Below are positions 13,262-25,025 of a stretch of 64,000 nucleotides of DNA, piece by piece (position 1 is the first letter of the stretch; each line of letters starts with the position of its first letter). The position numbers and the translations under genes were made by a program. The notes below the pieces were generated by a model that saw nothing but the letters and a program-made list of their open reading frames with translations, ran no database searches and was not told the DNA's origin. The DNA is from Octopus sinensis (lineage: Eukaryota), in contig NC_043015.1 of the NCBI RefSeq assembly GCF_006345805.1, positions 47,244,001 through 47,308,000 on the forward strand. The letters are read 5' to 3'.

Positions 13262-16200
13262 AGTTAAAAAAATACAAACTGGGACAAGAACGTAAAACAT
13301 TTAGAAGACGATACAAAAAACACGGACGGGACATTCGAAGGTTTTGATCTTCAGTCAAGAACTGGATCATCCTCGCAATTTCGGCTGATTAATCTTATAT
13401 GTATATATACATATATACGACAGGCTTCTTTCAGTTTTCGTCTACCAAATCTACTCACAAGGCTTTGTTCGGCCCAAGGCTATTGTAGAAGACACTTACC
13501 CAAGATAACCACATAGTGGGACTGAACATGGAACCATGTGGTTGGTAAGCAAGCTACTTACCACACAGCTACTCCTACGCCTAATGGCAACAGAATATAA
13601 ATATACTCATAAGAAAATCACAGAAAGCATAAGAAACAAGGCAAATGCTGCATTATTAGCCTTGAGAAATCCTCTCGTACAGGTGCCTGGTCCGCAGGAG
13701 ATGAAATTTGTTTGCCACAGGCACAGGAATGACAGATGAATTCATTTGTTATGATCTGTGTGTGGCTTTTATGTACCAAATGCCAAATGAGAGGGTCTCT
13801 CAAGGCTAATAATGCAGCATTTGGTGTTCTATTAAGGTATCTAGTGGTAAAGTTGTAAATATATCAATGGAAATGCTATGAAATTCTAGCATTAATTTAA
13901 ATTTTGTACTCGATATTAAATAATGATTAAGAATTTTAGTACAAAGCCAGTTTTCAAGGAAGGGGTTTTGTTAATTGTCAGTCTCAGTGTTCATATAGGA
14001 TCACTTTATCAACCTTAGGAGGATAAAACACAAAGTCAACCTCAGCAGAATTTGCACTCAGGACATGAAGAGTCAGAACTGCCATTAACCCTTTCATTAC
14101 TCTATTTATTTTGAGATGCTCTGTGTTTCTTTCAATTATTTTAAACATAACAAAGAATTTAGTATGCCGCCTAGACTGGCTTCAGTGCCGGTGGCACGTA
14201 AAAAGCACCAATCCGATCGTGGCCATTGCCAGCCTTGCCTGGCACATAAAAAGCACCCACTACACTCTCGGAGTGGTTGGCATTAGGAAGGGCATCCAGC
14301 TGTAGAAACACTGCCAGATCAGACTGGAGCCTGGTGCAGCCTCCTGGCTTCCCAGACCCCAGTTGAACCGTCCAACCCATGCTAGCATGGAAAGCGGACG
14401 TTAAACGATGATGATGATGATGCTCTGTGTTTCTTTCAATTATTTTAAATATAACAAAGAATTTAGTAAAATAACTTAGTCATCATTAAGCTAGTGTTAG
14501 AAATATAAATTGTGACCAAGGTTTGGTGGAAGATTTTAATTTGAAACTTATGGAAACAAGACATTTGTACTACAGAGTCAGAGCTGGTTTCAGCCGGGTT
14601 GGTTACGAACCATGTGATTGGGAAGTGAACTTCTTATTTCTTTATTGCCCACAAGGGGCTAAACATAGAGGGGACAAACAAGGACAGACAAAGGGATTAA
14701 GACGATTACATCGACCCCAGTGCATAACTCGTACTTAATTTATCGACCCCGAAAGGATGAAAGGCAAAGTTGACCTTGGTGGAATTTGAACTCAGAACGT
14801 AAAGACAGACAAAATACTGCTAAGCATTTCACCTGGCGTGCTAACGTTTCTTATTTCTTTATTGCCCTCAAGGGGCTAAACACAGAGGGGACAAACAAGG
14901 ACAGACAAAGGGATTAAGACGATTACATCGACCCCAGTGCATAACTCGTACTTAATTTATCAACCCCAAAAGGATGAAAGGCAAAGTTGACCTTGGTGGA
15001 ATTTGAACTCAGAACGTAAAGACAGACAAAATACTGCTAAGCATTTCACTTGGCGTGCTAACATTTCTTATTTCTTTATTGCCCTCAAGGGGCTAAACAC
15101 AGAGGGGACAAACAAGGACAGACAAAGGGATTAAGACGATTACATCGACCCCAGTGCATAACTCGTACTTAATTTATCAACCCCAAAAGGATGAAAGGCA
15201 AAGTTGACCTTGGTGGAATTTGAACTCAGAACGTAAAGACAGACAAAATACTGCTAAGCATTTCACCTGGCGTGCTAACGTTTCTTATTTCTTTATTGCC
15301 CACAAGGGGCTAAACACAGAGGGGACAAACAAGGACAGACAAAGGGATTAAGACAATTACATCGACCCCAGTGCGTAACTGGTACTTAATTTATCAACCC
15401 CAAAAGGATGAAAGGCAAAGTTGACCTTGGTGGAATTTGAACTCAGAACGTAAAGACAGACAAAATACTGCTAAGCATTTCACCTGGCGTGCTAACGTTT
15501 CTTATTTCTTTATTGCCCTCAAGGGGCTAAACATAGAGGGGACAAACAAGGACAGACAAAGGGATTAAGACAATTACATCGACCCCAGTGCGTAACTCGT
15601 ACTTAATTTATCGACACCTTGGGAAAGTATTTTCTATTATGGCCTTAGGCCAACCAAAGCCTTGTGAGTAGATTTGGTGGGTAGAAACTGAAAGAAGCCA
15701 GCTCAGTGTGTGTGTGTGTGTGTGAATGTTTTGTTTGTTTCCTTGTCTTGACATTACGTAATAGTTATAAAATTCTTGTCACCGTCATACAAATAGCGTT
15801 ATTCTTTTCCAATATTTTGCGAAAACCTGTCACAATGTTAGCATTTTGTCCACTGTGCTAACAATGCTGTCATTTACTACATAATAAGAAACAAGAAACA
15901 TACCAAGCCAATGTGTAAAATACTTACAATAATATCTCCCTCTTGGGCTAATTCTGGGATCTGTATTTTCTCTTCATTATTATTATAGAGTTTACCATCG
16001 TTACGCAAAATCCAAGCATCAGGTTCACATCCGAGAGGCAGAGTATTCAGGTCGACTTTCCTAAGAGCCAACCCTACACCCCAAGATCCTAAGAAAGAAA
16101 GAAAGAAACAACAATTAACAATATCTCAATTATATACAAGAATTTGCATGTAACAGATGCATGTGTGGCTAAGATGCAGGCATATCTTGTGCGGCGAGCT

Positions 16201-19200
16201 GGCAGAAACGTTAGCACGCCGGGCAAAATGCTTAGCGGTATTTCGTCTGCCGTTATGTTCTGAGTTCAAATTCCGCCGAGGTCGACTTTGCCTTTCATCC
16301 TTTCAGAGTCGATAAATTAAGTACCTATTTCTTTATTACCCACAAGGGGCTAAACATAGAGGGGACAAACAAAGACAGACATAGGTATTAAGTCGATTAC
16401 ATCGACCCCAGTGCGTAACTGATACTTAATTTATCGACCCAGAAAGGATGAAAGGCAAAGTCGACCTCGGCGGAATTTGAACTCAGAACGTAACGACAGA
16501 CGAAATACGCTGAGGTCGACTTTGCCATTCATCCTTTCGGGGTCGATAAATTAAGTACCAGTTACGCACTGGGGTCGATGTAATCGTCTTAATCCCTTTG
16601 TCTGTCCTTGTTTGTCCCCTCTATGTTTAGCTACTTGTGGGCAATACAGAAATAAGAAATCTTAGCACGCCAGGTGAAATGCTTAGCAGTATTTCGTCTG
16701 CCGTTACGTTCTGAGTTCAAATTCCACCGAGGTCGACTTTGCCTTTCATCCTTTCGGGGTCGATAAATAAAGTACCAGTTACGCACTGGGGTCGATGTAA
16801 TTGACCTAATCCGTTTGTCTGTCCTTGTTTGTCCCCTCTATGTTTAGCTCCTTGTGGGCAATATAGAAATAAGTGTCTTCTACTATAGCCACGGGCCAAC
16901 CAAAGCCTTGTGAGTGGATTTGGTAGACAGAAACTGAAAGAAGCCCATCGTATATATGTATATGTATATATATCATCATCATTTAATGTTTGTTTTCCAT
17001 GCTGGCATGGGTTGGACGGTTTGACAGGAACTGGCAAGGCCAGGGGCCACAGCAGATTCCATAGTCTGTTTTGGCTTGGATTCAACAGCTGGATGCCCTC
17101 CCTATGCCAACCACTTTACAGAGTGCACTGGCTGCTTTTCATGTGGCACCATCAGCAGTGATTTTTACGTGATACCAGTGCATTTTACGTAGCACCAGCA
17201 CCAGGGCTTTTTAATGTGGCACCATCACCAGAGCTTTTTAATGTGGTACCAACACCAGAGCTTTTTTTTCAGGTGGTTTCAGGAAAGTGGTTGTTGTTAG
17301 GAAGGGCATCCAGCAATTGAAACCTTGCCGAAACTTGATAGGAACCTGGTGCAGCCCTCTGGCTTGCCAGCTTCTGTCAAACTGTCCAACTCATGCCAGC
17401 TTGGAAAACATGTTAAATGATGATGATGATGCTTATAATTTTCAAAAAAAAAATGATATTCAATATTTAAATACATGATAAATTTATAAATATCTTACCT
17501 CCACATTGTACTTTGATTTCAAAATATGCTTTGTTCTGAACAATTGGAACATTAGCCAATGCTCCCCCAGAGCCACAGATCCTACGACCATGTTTGACAA
17601 TAACAACATCATTACCTAGATGAGAAATAAAGGAAAAAGAAGTTGAATTTTTTTCCCATTAATCATGAATTATGAAGTGGGAGTGCAATACATATTTGAG
17701 TTTGCATTGGCTTGAACCCTTTAGCATTTAAACTGGCCATGTTCAGCCCAGATATTCTATAAAACAAACAGGATCTCACACTTACCCTACAATGTCCTAA
17801 AACTAAACAATCACATCATTGAAATCTTGAAGTTAAGAGATAATGTATGATTAATTCAAAACAAGGTGAAAGAATAAGCAATACATCTGGCAGTGTAATC
17901 TGAAAGTTTAAGGGTTAAGTTATCCGCTAAAACCTTAACTTCACAAACATACAATTGTAAGATGAGTGGATGCTACAAGTTAATTTAGCAAAAGTGCTTT
18001 AGCTCATCACAACTAAAAGCTGAACTGACATTGAAAATACATTTATTTACATCTGTGGATAAAAACATGGCACGTAAAAGCACCCACTACACCCTCGGAG
18101 TGGTTGGCGTTAGGAAGGGCATCCAGTTGTAGAAACTCTCCAGATCAGATTGGAGCCTGGTGCAGCCATCTGGTTCACCAGTCCTCAGTCAAATCGTCCA
18201 ATCCATGCTAGCATGGAAAGCGGACGATAAATGATGATATTACTTTCTGCTTTATTATTTGAAAATATGTCATACTGAGCTTTCGAAGCGAACATACTAA
18301 CAACATTCTTCTTCCATTTTTTCTCTACTGTTTCCCAGCAACATGTGTCTAATCAGATCTTTGCTTCAAACACAAAACCAGTTTGAAGTCTGCAAATTTA
18401 ACCAATTGGTTTAAGATTAACAAAGTGCCACACCCTAGTGGTTGAGGAAACCTGTGGAAGAGGTAAATCCAGGAAGACCTGGGATGAAGTGGTGAAGCAC
18501 AACCTTCGAACATTAGGCCTCACCGTGACCAAGACCTTTGGAAATATGCTGTGCTTGAGAAGACCTGGCAAGCCAAATGAGACCATAACCTTGTGGCCTA
18601 TGCCAGGGGTGTAACCAGTCCATTTATGCGTACCTTTCCTTCATTGGACACTAAACTCTGCTTGCGAAGACCTGTTGAGGCAAGTGAAATCGAAATCAAA
18701 TTTGACGACTGGCATCCGTGCTAGATGAGTGATAAGAGCACTGTCCGAGCGTGATCGTTGCCAGAGCAGCTAACTGGCTTCTGTGCCGGTGGCACATAAA
18801 AAGCACCATTTGAGTGTGATCATTACCAGAATCGCCTTACTGGCACTTGTGCCAGTGACACATGAAAAAAACATTCAAGCAAGGTCGTTGCAAGTGCCAC
18901 TACACTGGCTCCTGTGCAGGTGGCATGTAAAAAAACACCATTTGAGCTTGGCTGTTGCCAGTACCGCCTGACTGGCCCTCGTGCTGGTGGCACGTAAAAG
19001 CACCCATTACACTCTTGGAGTGGTTGGCTTTAGGAAGGGCATCGAGCTGTAGAAACTGCCAGATCAGATTGGAGCCTGGTGCAGCCATCTGGTTCGCCAG
19101 ACCTCAGTTAAATCGTCCAACCCATGCTAGCATGGAAAGCAGACGTTAAACGATGATGATAATGATGTCTTCCATAATAACACCCCGTGCTCTTACCCTT

Positions 19201-21652
19201 AAAATATCCCTTAATCTATTACTTTCTGCTTTATTATTTGAAAATATGTCATACTGAGCTTTCAAAGCGAACATACTAACAACATTCTTCTATTTTTTCT
19301 CTACTGTTTCCTACCAACATGTGTCTAATCAGATCTTTGCTTCAAACACAAAACCAGTTTGAAGTCTGCAATTTTACCCAATTGGTTTAAGATTAACAAA
19401 CATCAAGTTATCTTCCGTTATTTCAAATGCTGTGACATCAGACAGAAAAACAATCACATGTGACCATTATATTTTCCTGTCAAAATGATAAATTTTGCTA
19501 AAATGTCTCTTAATTCATTTTACAAAGAAAAAATAATGAATTCTAGACTGCTGTTTCTGGCACTCAGGTTTCAGATTTATTTATTTTTCATTTCATTCAT
19601 TTGCTTGTTTCAGTCATTTGACTGTGGCCATGCTGGAGCACCGCCTTTAGTCGAAGAAATCGACCCTAGGACTTATTCTTTGTAAGCCTAGTACTTATTC
19701 TATCAGTCTCTTTTGCCGAACCGCTAAGTTACGGGGACGTAAACACACCAGCATCGGTTGTCACGCGATGTTGGGGGAGGGAGACAAACACAACACACAA
19801 ACATACGACGGGCTTCTTTCAGTTTCCGTCTACCAAATCCACTCACAAGGCTTTGGTCGGCCTGAGGCTATAGCAGAAGACACTTGCCCAAGGTGCCATG
19901 CAGTGGGACTGAACCTGGAACCATGTGGTTGGTAAGCAAGCAACTTACCACACAGCCACTCCTACGCCTATATTTATTCATTTTTTTTTTTTAGTTTTCC
20001 TTGCCAACCATCTCTTGCGCTGTTTTAAACATGTTTTTCTCTTCAAAAAGTTGCACTGTTTAATCTTAATCTGTTGCACTCTCATGCATCTATTTTGTTT
20101 AACAGCTATGTGCATGTACGCCTTAGGCAAATATCTTATATGCTAAAACACACTTGCCCTAGGTCAGGTGCCATGCAAGAGGGACTGAACCTGGAACCAT
20201 GTTGAGAAGCAAACCTCTTACCACGCAGTCACTTCTATATATGTCACACAGCCGCACCTTGAGTAATTAACTCAAGGACCGTCACACAACCGCACCTTGA
20301 GCAATTAACTCAAGGATCGTCACACTGCATATCAAAATACCTAACACCGCCCCCACACATACACACAAAGAATAAAATAACTTCGTCAATCAACAAAAGA
20401 AATTACACAAACTGCTGATTGACAGAAAGTAGAGACATAAATTTAAAAGTCGCCATATATTTCATTTATACATCAAATTAAATTTTCAAACACGTTCCTG
20501 TTGGTTGACCTCGATCCTGTAAACGTATCTGAGAGGATATGATGTGAACCATGCATTATTTGTTCCCAGATGCCATCACATAGTTTTTTCCCATCCGTCT
20601 TTGTTGGCCAGAGAACGAACCAGCTTGTACGATACGATTAAAAGTCCCACATTGATATATCTTAGTTTGGGTCCCTTCAAAAACCTGCTAGGATTATAAT
20701 AGCCCTCACATGCAACAGTGTTTCGCCAACATGCATCGAAGTGCAAGTCCCAGTTTGGTTTAATCCAGGTACGGGCAGCTTTTCTCGAGAAGCGGGTTGC
20801 ACGAGAAATAGACCATTATCAGACGGGCCGCATGACTAAAAAGAAATTAGGTTAATTTTCACTTAGGTATGCCATTCAGAAAGTCCCACGGGCCGCAGTG
20901 TGCCCACTATTAGTTTTATCAGCGTACTTCAGCTGTTTCGTGTGAAACAATAAATACTATAGGCGTAAAAGTGGGTGCTTGTCGGTTCAGCATCATTCAC
21001 AATGCGTTCTACGCACTTCTCTCATCTTCTTTATTGTTCACTTTCTTTCTAACCTTTGTTTCTGATTTTCCTCCCTGATATATTAGTCTCATCTTTGTTA
21101 TCATGAGCATTTCATTCCTCGTTTTATTGTACCATTTTAAACATCCGGTTTTTCGCATTCTTTTACCCCACCTCGCCTTTTTTTAAAATTTTTTTTGGTT
21201 TTTCTAGTCACTACACAACTACGAATGCAAATATAAGCGATCTTTATAAATATATTTAATCACACCCAGTATCAAACCGTTTGCCAAATAGGAGGTGGTA
21301 GTGGCGCAAACAGATGAAAGTACCACACAGGACGACAGACACCTCGATGATATTTAGTTGCATTTTACGTTCAAATCCAGCCGGCGATTTTTATCTTTCA
21401 TACTTTCGAGGTCCATAAAATAAAATTTGGTTGATTATATCAACTACACCCCTTCCAACGAACACACAGCATTGCAAAATGTCAGAGATCATAATTGATA
21501 AAATAGTGTTCGCATTGCCAGTATAAATTGATGGCATTCAATATCATCTTTCCCCCCAGCTCGCTCCTCTTAAACAAAGTCTATAAGAGAGAGGAATTCC
21601 TGAAACGGTAATTGCTAATACATAGATACATACACATATATATGTGTATATA

Positions 21653-21684
<32 letters not shown>

Positions 21685-22400
21685 CATTTTACCTTTGCCC
21701 ATATAATACAGTAAATGAATTGATTGCATCGCAATCCTTAACATTTATGTATTAACTTTGTTGGGTACTTCACTAGCAGTATATTGGATATATGTTATCC
21801 CATGGAGGGTTGCATTTACAACCCCTATCTCAATTTGTATATATATATATATAATGAATACCGAAAAGCTTCAATGAGGAAGATAAATAACAGAGGTAGG
21901 GAAGAAGATATCTCAGGTGTTTTAAATCGAGGGTTATGATTTCTTAAATAGAAATACTGAGATTTAAATCAGTACAAAAACCTCAACAGGATAATTCCAA
22001 AGACAAAAATAGGTAACTAGGAAGTTGAAACATATGTTACACAAGAATATCACGACAAGGCAGGACATTTAATATTAGATTTTGAGGAATTACGTATAAA
22101 CATATCCAAAGGATTTCTCGGTAGACAGATTTTATTAAAAGACGACGAATATTTGTGAAGATGAAGAATTTTGCCAGCAAGTTGACTAAATATTTTGAGA
22201 TATCACTGATGGATTTAAAGACAGATATTTAAAGATTTACGCTCTTTGGCTTCCCCCGTGAGACAATTATCGGTTGTGGATGACTTACCCATATGCGATG
22301 TATCTAATTTTACAGCTGGTTGCTCTTTTAAGATGACATGACCTCCGCTAATTCCTGCGCCAAAGGTACGGCAACGTAAACAACAAAAACACGCCGCCAT
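10855..22400 (-). CDS. SPRYD7: SPRY domain-containing protein 7, complete 5-exon gene model (591 nt, 196 aa plus stop)
   Basis: Exons 22400-22289, 17615-17499, 16088-15928, 12657-12555 and 10952-10855 join in frame with GT-AG introns. The product runs [10 protein letters not shown]...[21 protein letters not shown]...[12 protein letters not shown]...[11 protein letters not shown] and is colinear with recalled vertebrate SPRYD7. In-frame ATGs also occur at 22409 and 22412. Confidence 0.93.
12555..12657 (-). CDS. SPRYD7: SPRYD7 exon 4
   Basis: [34 protein letters not shown]; tttatAG acceptor, GTAAGT donor; 103 nt. Confidence 0.93.
12712..12943. mobile_element. piggyBac-like MITE family (about 220 bp); other copies near 7300-7400, 10200-10420, 17715-17917, 30318-30817, 37370-37580 and 51605-51830
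   Basis: TTAACCCTTTAGCATTC...GAATGCTAAAGGGTTAA-type termini and a shared body (gattactctgtcaaatgtaatg). Confidence 0.7.
14631..15615 (-). repeat. Head-to-tail tandem array of SINE family 2, 217-bp period, about 4.5 units
   Basis: Unit starts at 14631, 14848, 15065, 15282 and 15499; units are nearly identical. Confidence 0.95.
15928..16088 (-). CDS. SPRYD7: SPRYD7 exon 3
   Basis: [54 protein letters not shown]; ttcttAG acceptor, GTAAGT donor; 161 nt. Confidence 0.93.
17499..17615 (-). CDS. SPRYD7: SPRYD7 exon 2
   Basis: [39 protein letters not shown]; TAG acceptor, GTAAG donor; 117 nt. Confidence 0.93.
18425..19168 (+). mobile_element. 5'-truncated RTE LINE: ORF end, repetitive 3' UTR and (GAT)n tail. 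Shorter 3' copies lie near 11020-11345, 11860-12295, 12300-12525, 14165-14420, 17290-17430, 18062-18237, 29615-30025, 30350-30618, 50805-51065(-) and 53770-54100
   Basis: [26 protein letters not shown] end; shared UTR ggagtggttggcgttaggaagggcatccagctgtagaaac...ggacgttaaacgatgatgat. Confidence 0.8.
20243..20325. repeat. 38-bp tandem duplication, each unit containing a CCTTGAG-N7-CTCAAGG palindrome
   Basis: Units at 20243-20280 and 20281-20318, plus a partial third. Confidence 0.85.
20470..20815 (-). mobile_element. Degenerate RTE-like LINE C-terminal fragment
   Basis: Frame-shifted pieces KHCCM*G, KGPKLRY and [18 protein letters not shown] resemble the RTE C-terminus. Confidence 0.45.
22289..22400 (-). 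CDS. SPRYD7: SPRYD7 coding exon 1
   Basis: [37 protein letters not shown]; phase-1 donor GTAAGT at 22288. Confidence 0.9.
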
Positions 22401-22600
22401 ACTGTCCATCATGATTAGACTAAGCAACCTACGTGCGCCGACCACTGTCACACACGGACCATCCTCAGGCTTATTTAACACAGTGACTACATTTTTCACA
22501 ACCAGTAATAATAATAATAATAATAATGAAATTATTGTATACAGTGCTCAGGTGCACCACAACTTGTCAGAAAGTGCGTATAAAGTATATGCAGTATACA

Positions 22601-22771
<171 letters not shown>

Positions 22772-23270
22772 AGTATAACAATCAATCCTCCCCTCTCTCT
22801 TTCTCTCTCAAAGGTACTAATTAATTAGTTTGGAGTGCGTAACTTTTATTAAAAGAAACCAATTATTAAAAGTCTACTTTGTCTGGTAGAATTATTTCTA
22901 ATATTTAGAACATGAGAGGAACTGGTAACAACTAATCAATAAATATACATTAAAAAATTATTGATTAATTGAAATATTCGTTTTAGTTGGAGAAAGAAAT
23001 TAAAAAGAAAAAAAAAACTTAGTGGGAATAATTTCAACGAATTTTTTAATTAATTACCAAAAAATTATTTCCATGTTTGCCAGAAATTTTGAAGCACAGG
23101 TATAGCTGTGTGGTAAGAAGTTTGCTTCCCAACCACATTGTTCTGGGTTCAATCCCACTGGATGGCACCTTCAGTTAAGTGTCCTCTGCTATAGCCTCAG
23201 GCTGACCAAAATCTCGTGAGTAGATTTGGTAGAGTGAAACTGAAAGAAGCCTGTTGTATGTGTATGAGTA

Positions 23271-23317
<47 letters not shown>

Positions 23318-23321
23318 CTCC

Positions 23322-23358
<37 letters not shown>

Positions 23359-23362
23359 CTTT

Positions 23363-23581
23363 ATTAAAAGCAGCAGAAATTTAACAAAAAGTGTTACTCG
23401 TCTTGATCGAATTGTCCTTTCGGTTCTATTTTAACAAAACTGTCTGACGAACAGGAACGTGAAACTCCGAGTAACAGCTTTTGTTAAATTTCTGCTTCTT
23501 TTAGATAAAGCATATTACTCTACCTCTGGTATTTGAGTAATCTTTTTTCCACCTTGTTTCACATTTATGTGTTTACTCCGG

Positions 23582-23582
<1 letters not shown>
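23363..23582 (+). mobile_element. Penelope-like element terminal fragment with inverted partial repeat
   Basis: 23363-23400 is an inverted copy of about 23469-23505. The fragment contains the hammerhead and is embedded in (TA)n. Confidence 0.6.
23430..23488 (+). ncRNA. Minimal type I hammerhead ribozyme within a Penelope-like terminal repeat
   Basis: Stem I TTTAACAAAACTGT/ACAG(C)TTTTGTTAAA, core CTGACGA (23444-23450), 2-bp stem II, GAAAC, stem III ACT-CCG-AGT, and GTA triplet with predicted cleavage after 23473. Confidence 0.75.
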
Positions 23583-23642
<60 letters not shown>

Positions 23643-24371
23643 TCTGAGACGAGATCCAGATGTTCTCAGTATAGAATACACTCAAGAGATTTAAAATTGA
23701 GCAGATATAGAAGTGACTGTAGGGATAGCAATTTTAAAAAATCAATATACGAAGTATATTAAATACATGAGATACAAAGAATGTGTATAGATATATATAT
23801 AAAAAGTCCGACTTACATAGAAAACAGCTGATATAGAGAATTAAAGGGGATGAGGAATAGTATTGCAAATACTCTGTGTGTGTGTGTGTGTGTGTATATA
23901 TACATATATATATACATATATACACACACACACACACACATATATATATACACACACACACACACCCACTTATATATTAAAAATACTCTTTAACTCTTTA
24001 CTCTTTTGCTTGTTTCAGTCATTTGACTGAGGCCATGCTGGAGCACCACCTTTAGTTGAGCAAATCGACCCCAGGACGTATTCTTTGTAAGCCTAGCACT
24101 TATTCTATTGGTCTCTTTTGCCTAATCGCTAAGTTACGGGAATGTAAACACACCGGCATTGATTGTCAAGCAATGTTGGGTGGGGTGGGGACAAACACAG
24201 ACACACAAACACACATACACACGCATACACACATACATACATATATACGACAGGCTTCTTTCAGTTTCCGTCTACCAAATCCACTTACAAGGCTTTGATT
24301 GGCCTGAGGCTATAGTAGAAGACACTTGCCCAAGGTATATATATTTATATATATACCAATTGTGACTGACA

Positions 24372-24564
24372 GTGCAGGGTAACACCCGCATTGCTAGAAA
24401 TAAGAGGTAAAAATCCCTCTTAACTGCAAAGAAGCACATGTCAATGTACTGACAGGAGAGCTAACTGCCCCACAACAGGTGAGATCAGTTCATAGACATG
24501 TGCTTCTTTGCAGCTAAGAGGATTTTTACCTCTTATTTCTAGCAATATGGATGATACCCTGCAC
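24372..24564. repeat. Foldback inverted repeat (about 70-bp arms, 52-nt spacer)
   Basis: Arms at 24372-24442 and 24495-24564 with 5 mismatches and 1 indel. Confidence 0.88.
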
Positions 24565-24614
24565 CATCAATCAAAATTGGTGACTATTGAATTCTACTTT
24601 TTTTGTTTTATATT

Positions 24615-25025
24615 GCTTTTAGCTGCCTTCGTTGTGGGGACGCTGGCAACAGGTAGTGGTGCCCCCAAAGTCCATCCCCTCCTCACCGTGGTGGGGACGC
24701 TGACAACGGGTAGTATCAGAGCTATGCCGTCGGGAACTTCAGTTCCTGGTAGGGCCACCCAAGGTGGATTGGTCTGACACTGAGTGGTATTAGGGCCACA
24801 ACCCGGCAGATGGGGCTCTGGTGAAAATCCTCGGAGTGTCTGTTTCGGCAACCGGTGGCTCCTCGGTTATTCTGTCCCTGCGTCTGTGGACAATCTGCGG
24901 CAAACAGGATGTCTCTACATGCGGGATTGTTGGGGACCACTTATGAAGTCCACATATTCCCACGAAACTTCTTCCAAGGAAGAAGCCGACTTGACCCATC
25001 CAGGGTGAATGCCGCCACAAGTACA
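24615..25025 (+). mobile_element. GC-rich probable RTE 5' region (5' UTR / pre-ORF) fragment; another RTE 5' UTR-like piece lies at about 54285-54445
   Basis: Abrupt GC-rich island. gagctatgccg...agggccacccaagg resembles recalled RTE/BovB 5' sequence, and the island has an internal direct repeat gtggggacgctg(g/a)caac(a/g)ggtagt. Confidence 0.4.

Noticed and set aside
13320-13365. Minus-strand CTGAAGA...TTCGAATGTC in a Penelope-like insert
   Set aside because: Lacks the GAAA core and a convincing stem I, so it was not called a ribozyme.
14631-15615. Possible CRISPR-like array
   Set aside because: Units are full-length identical 217-bp SINE copies with no unique spacers, and the context is eukaryotic.
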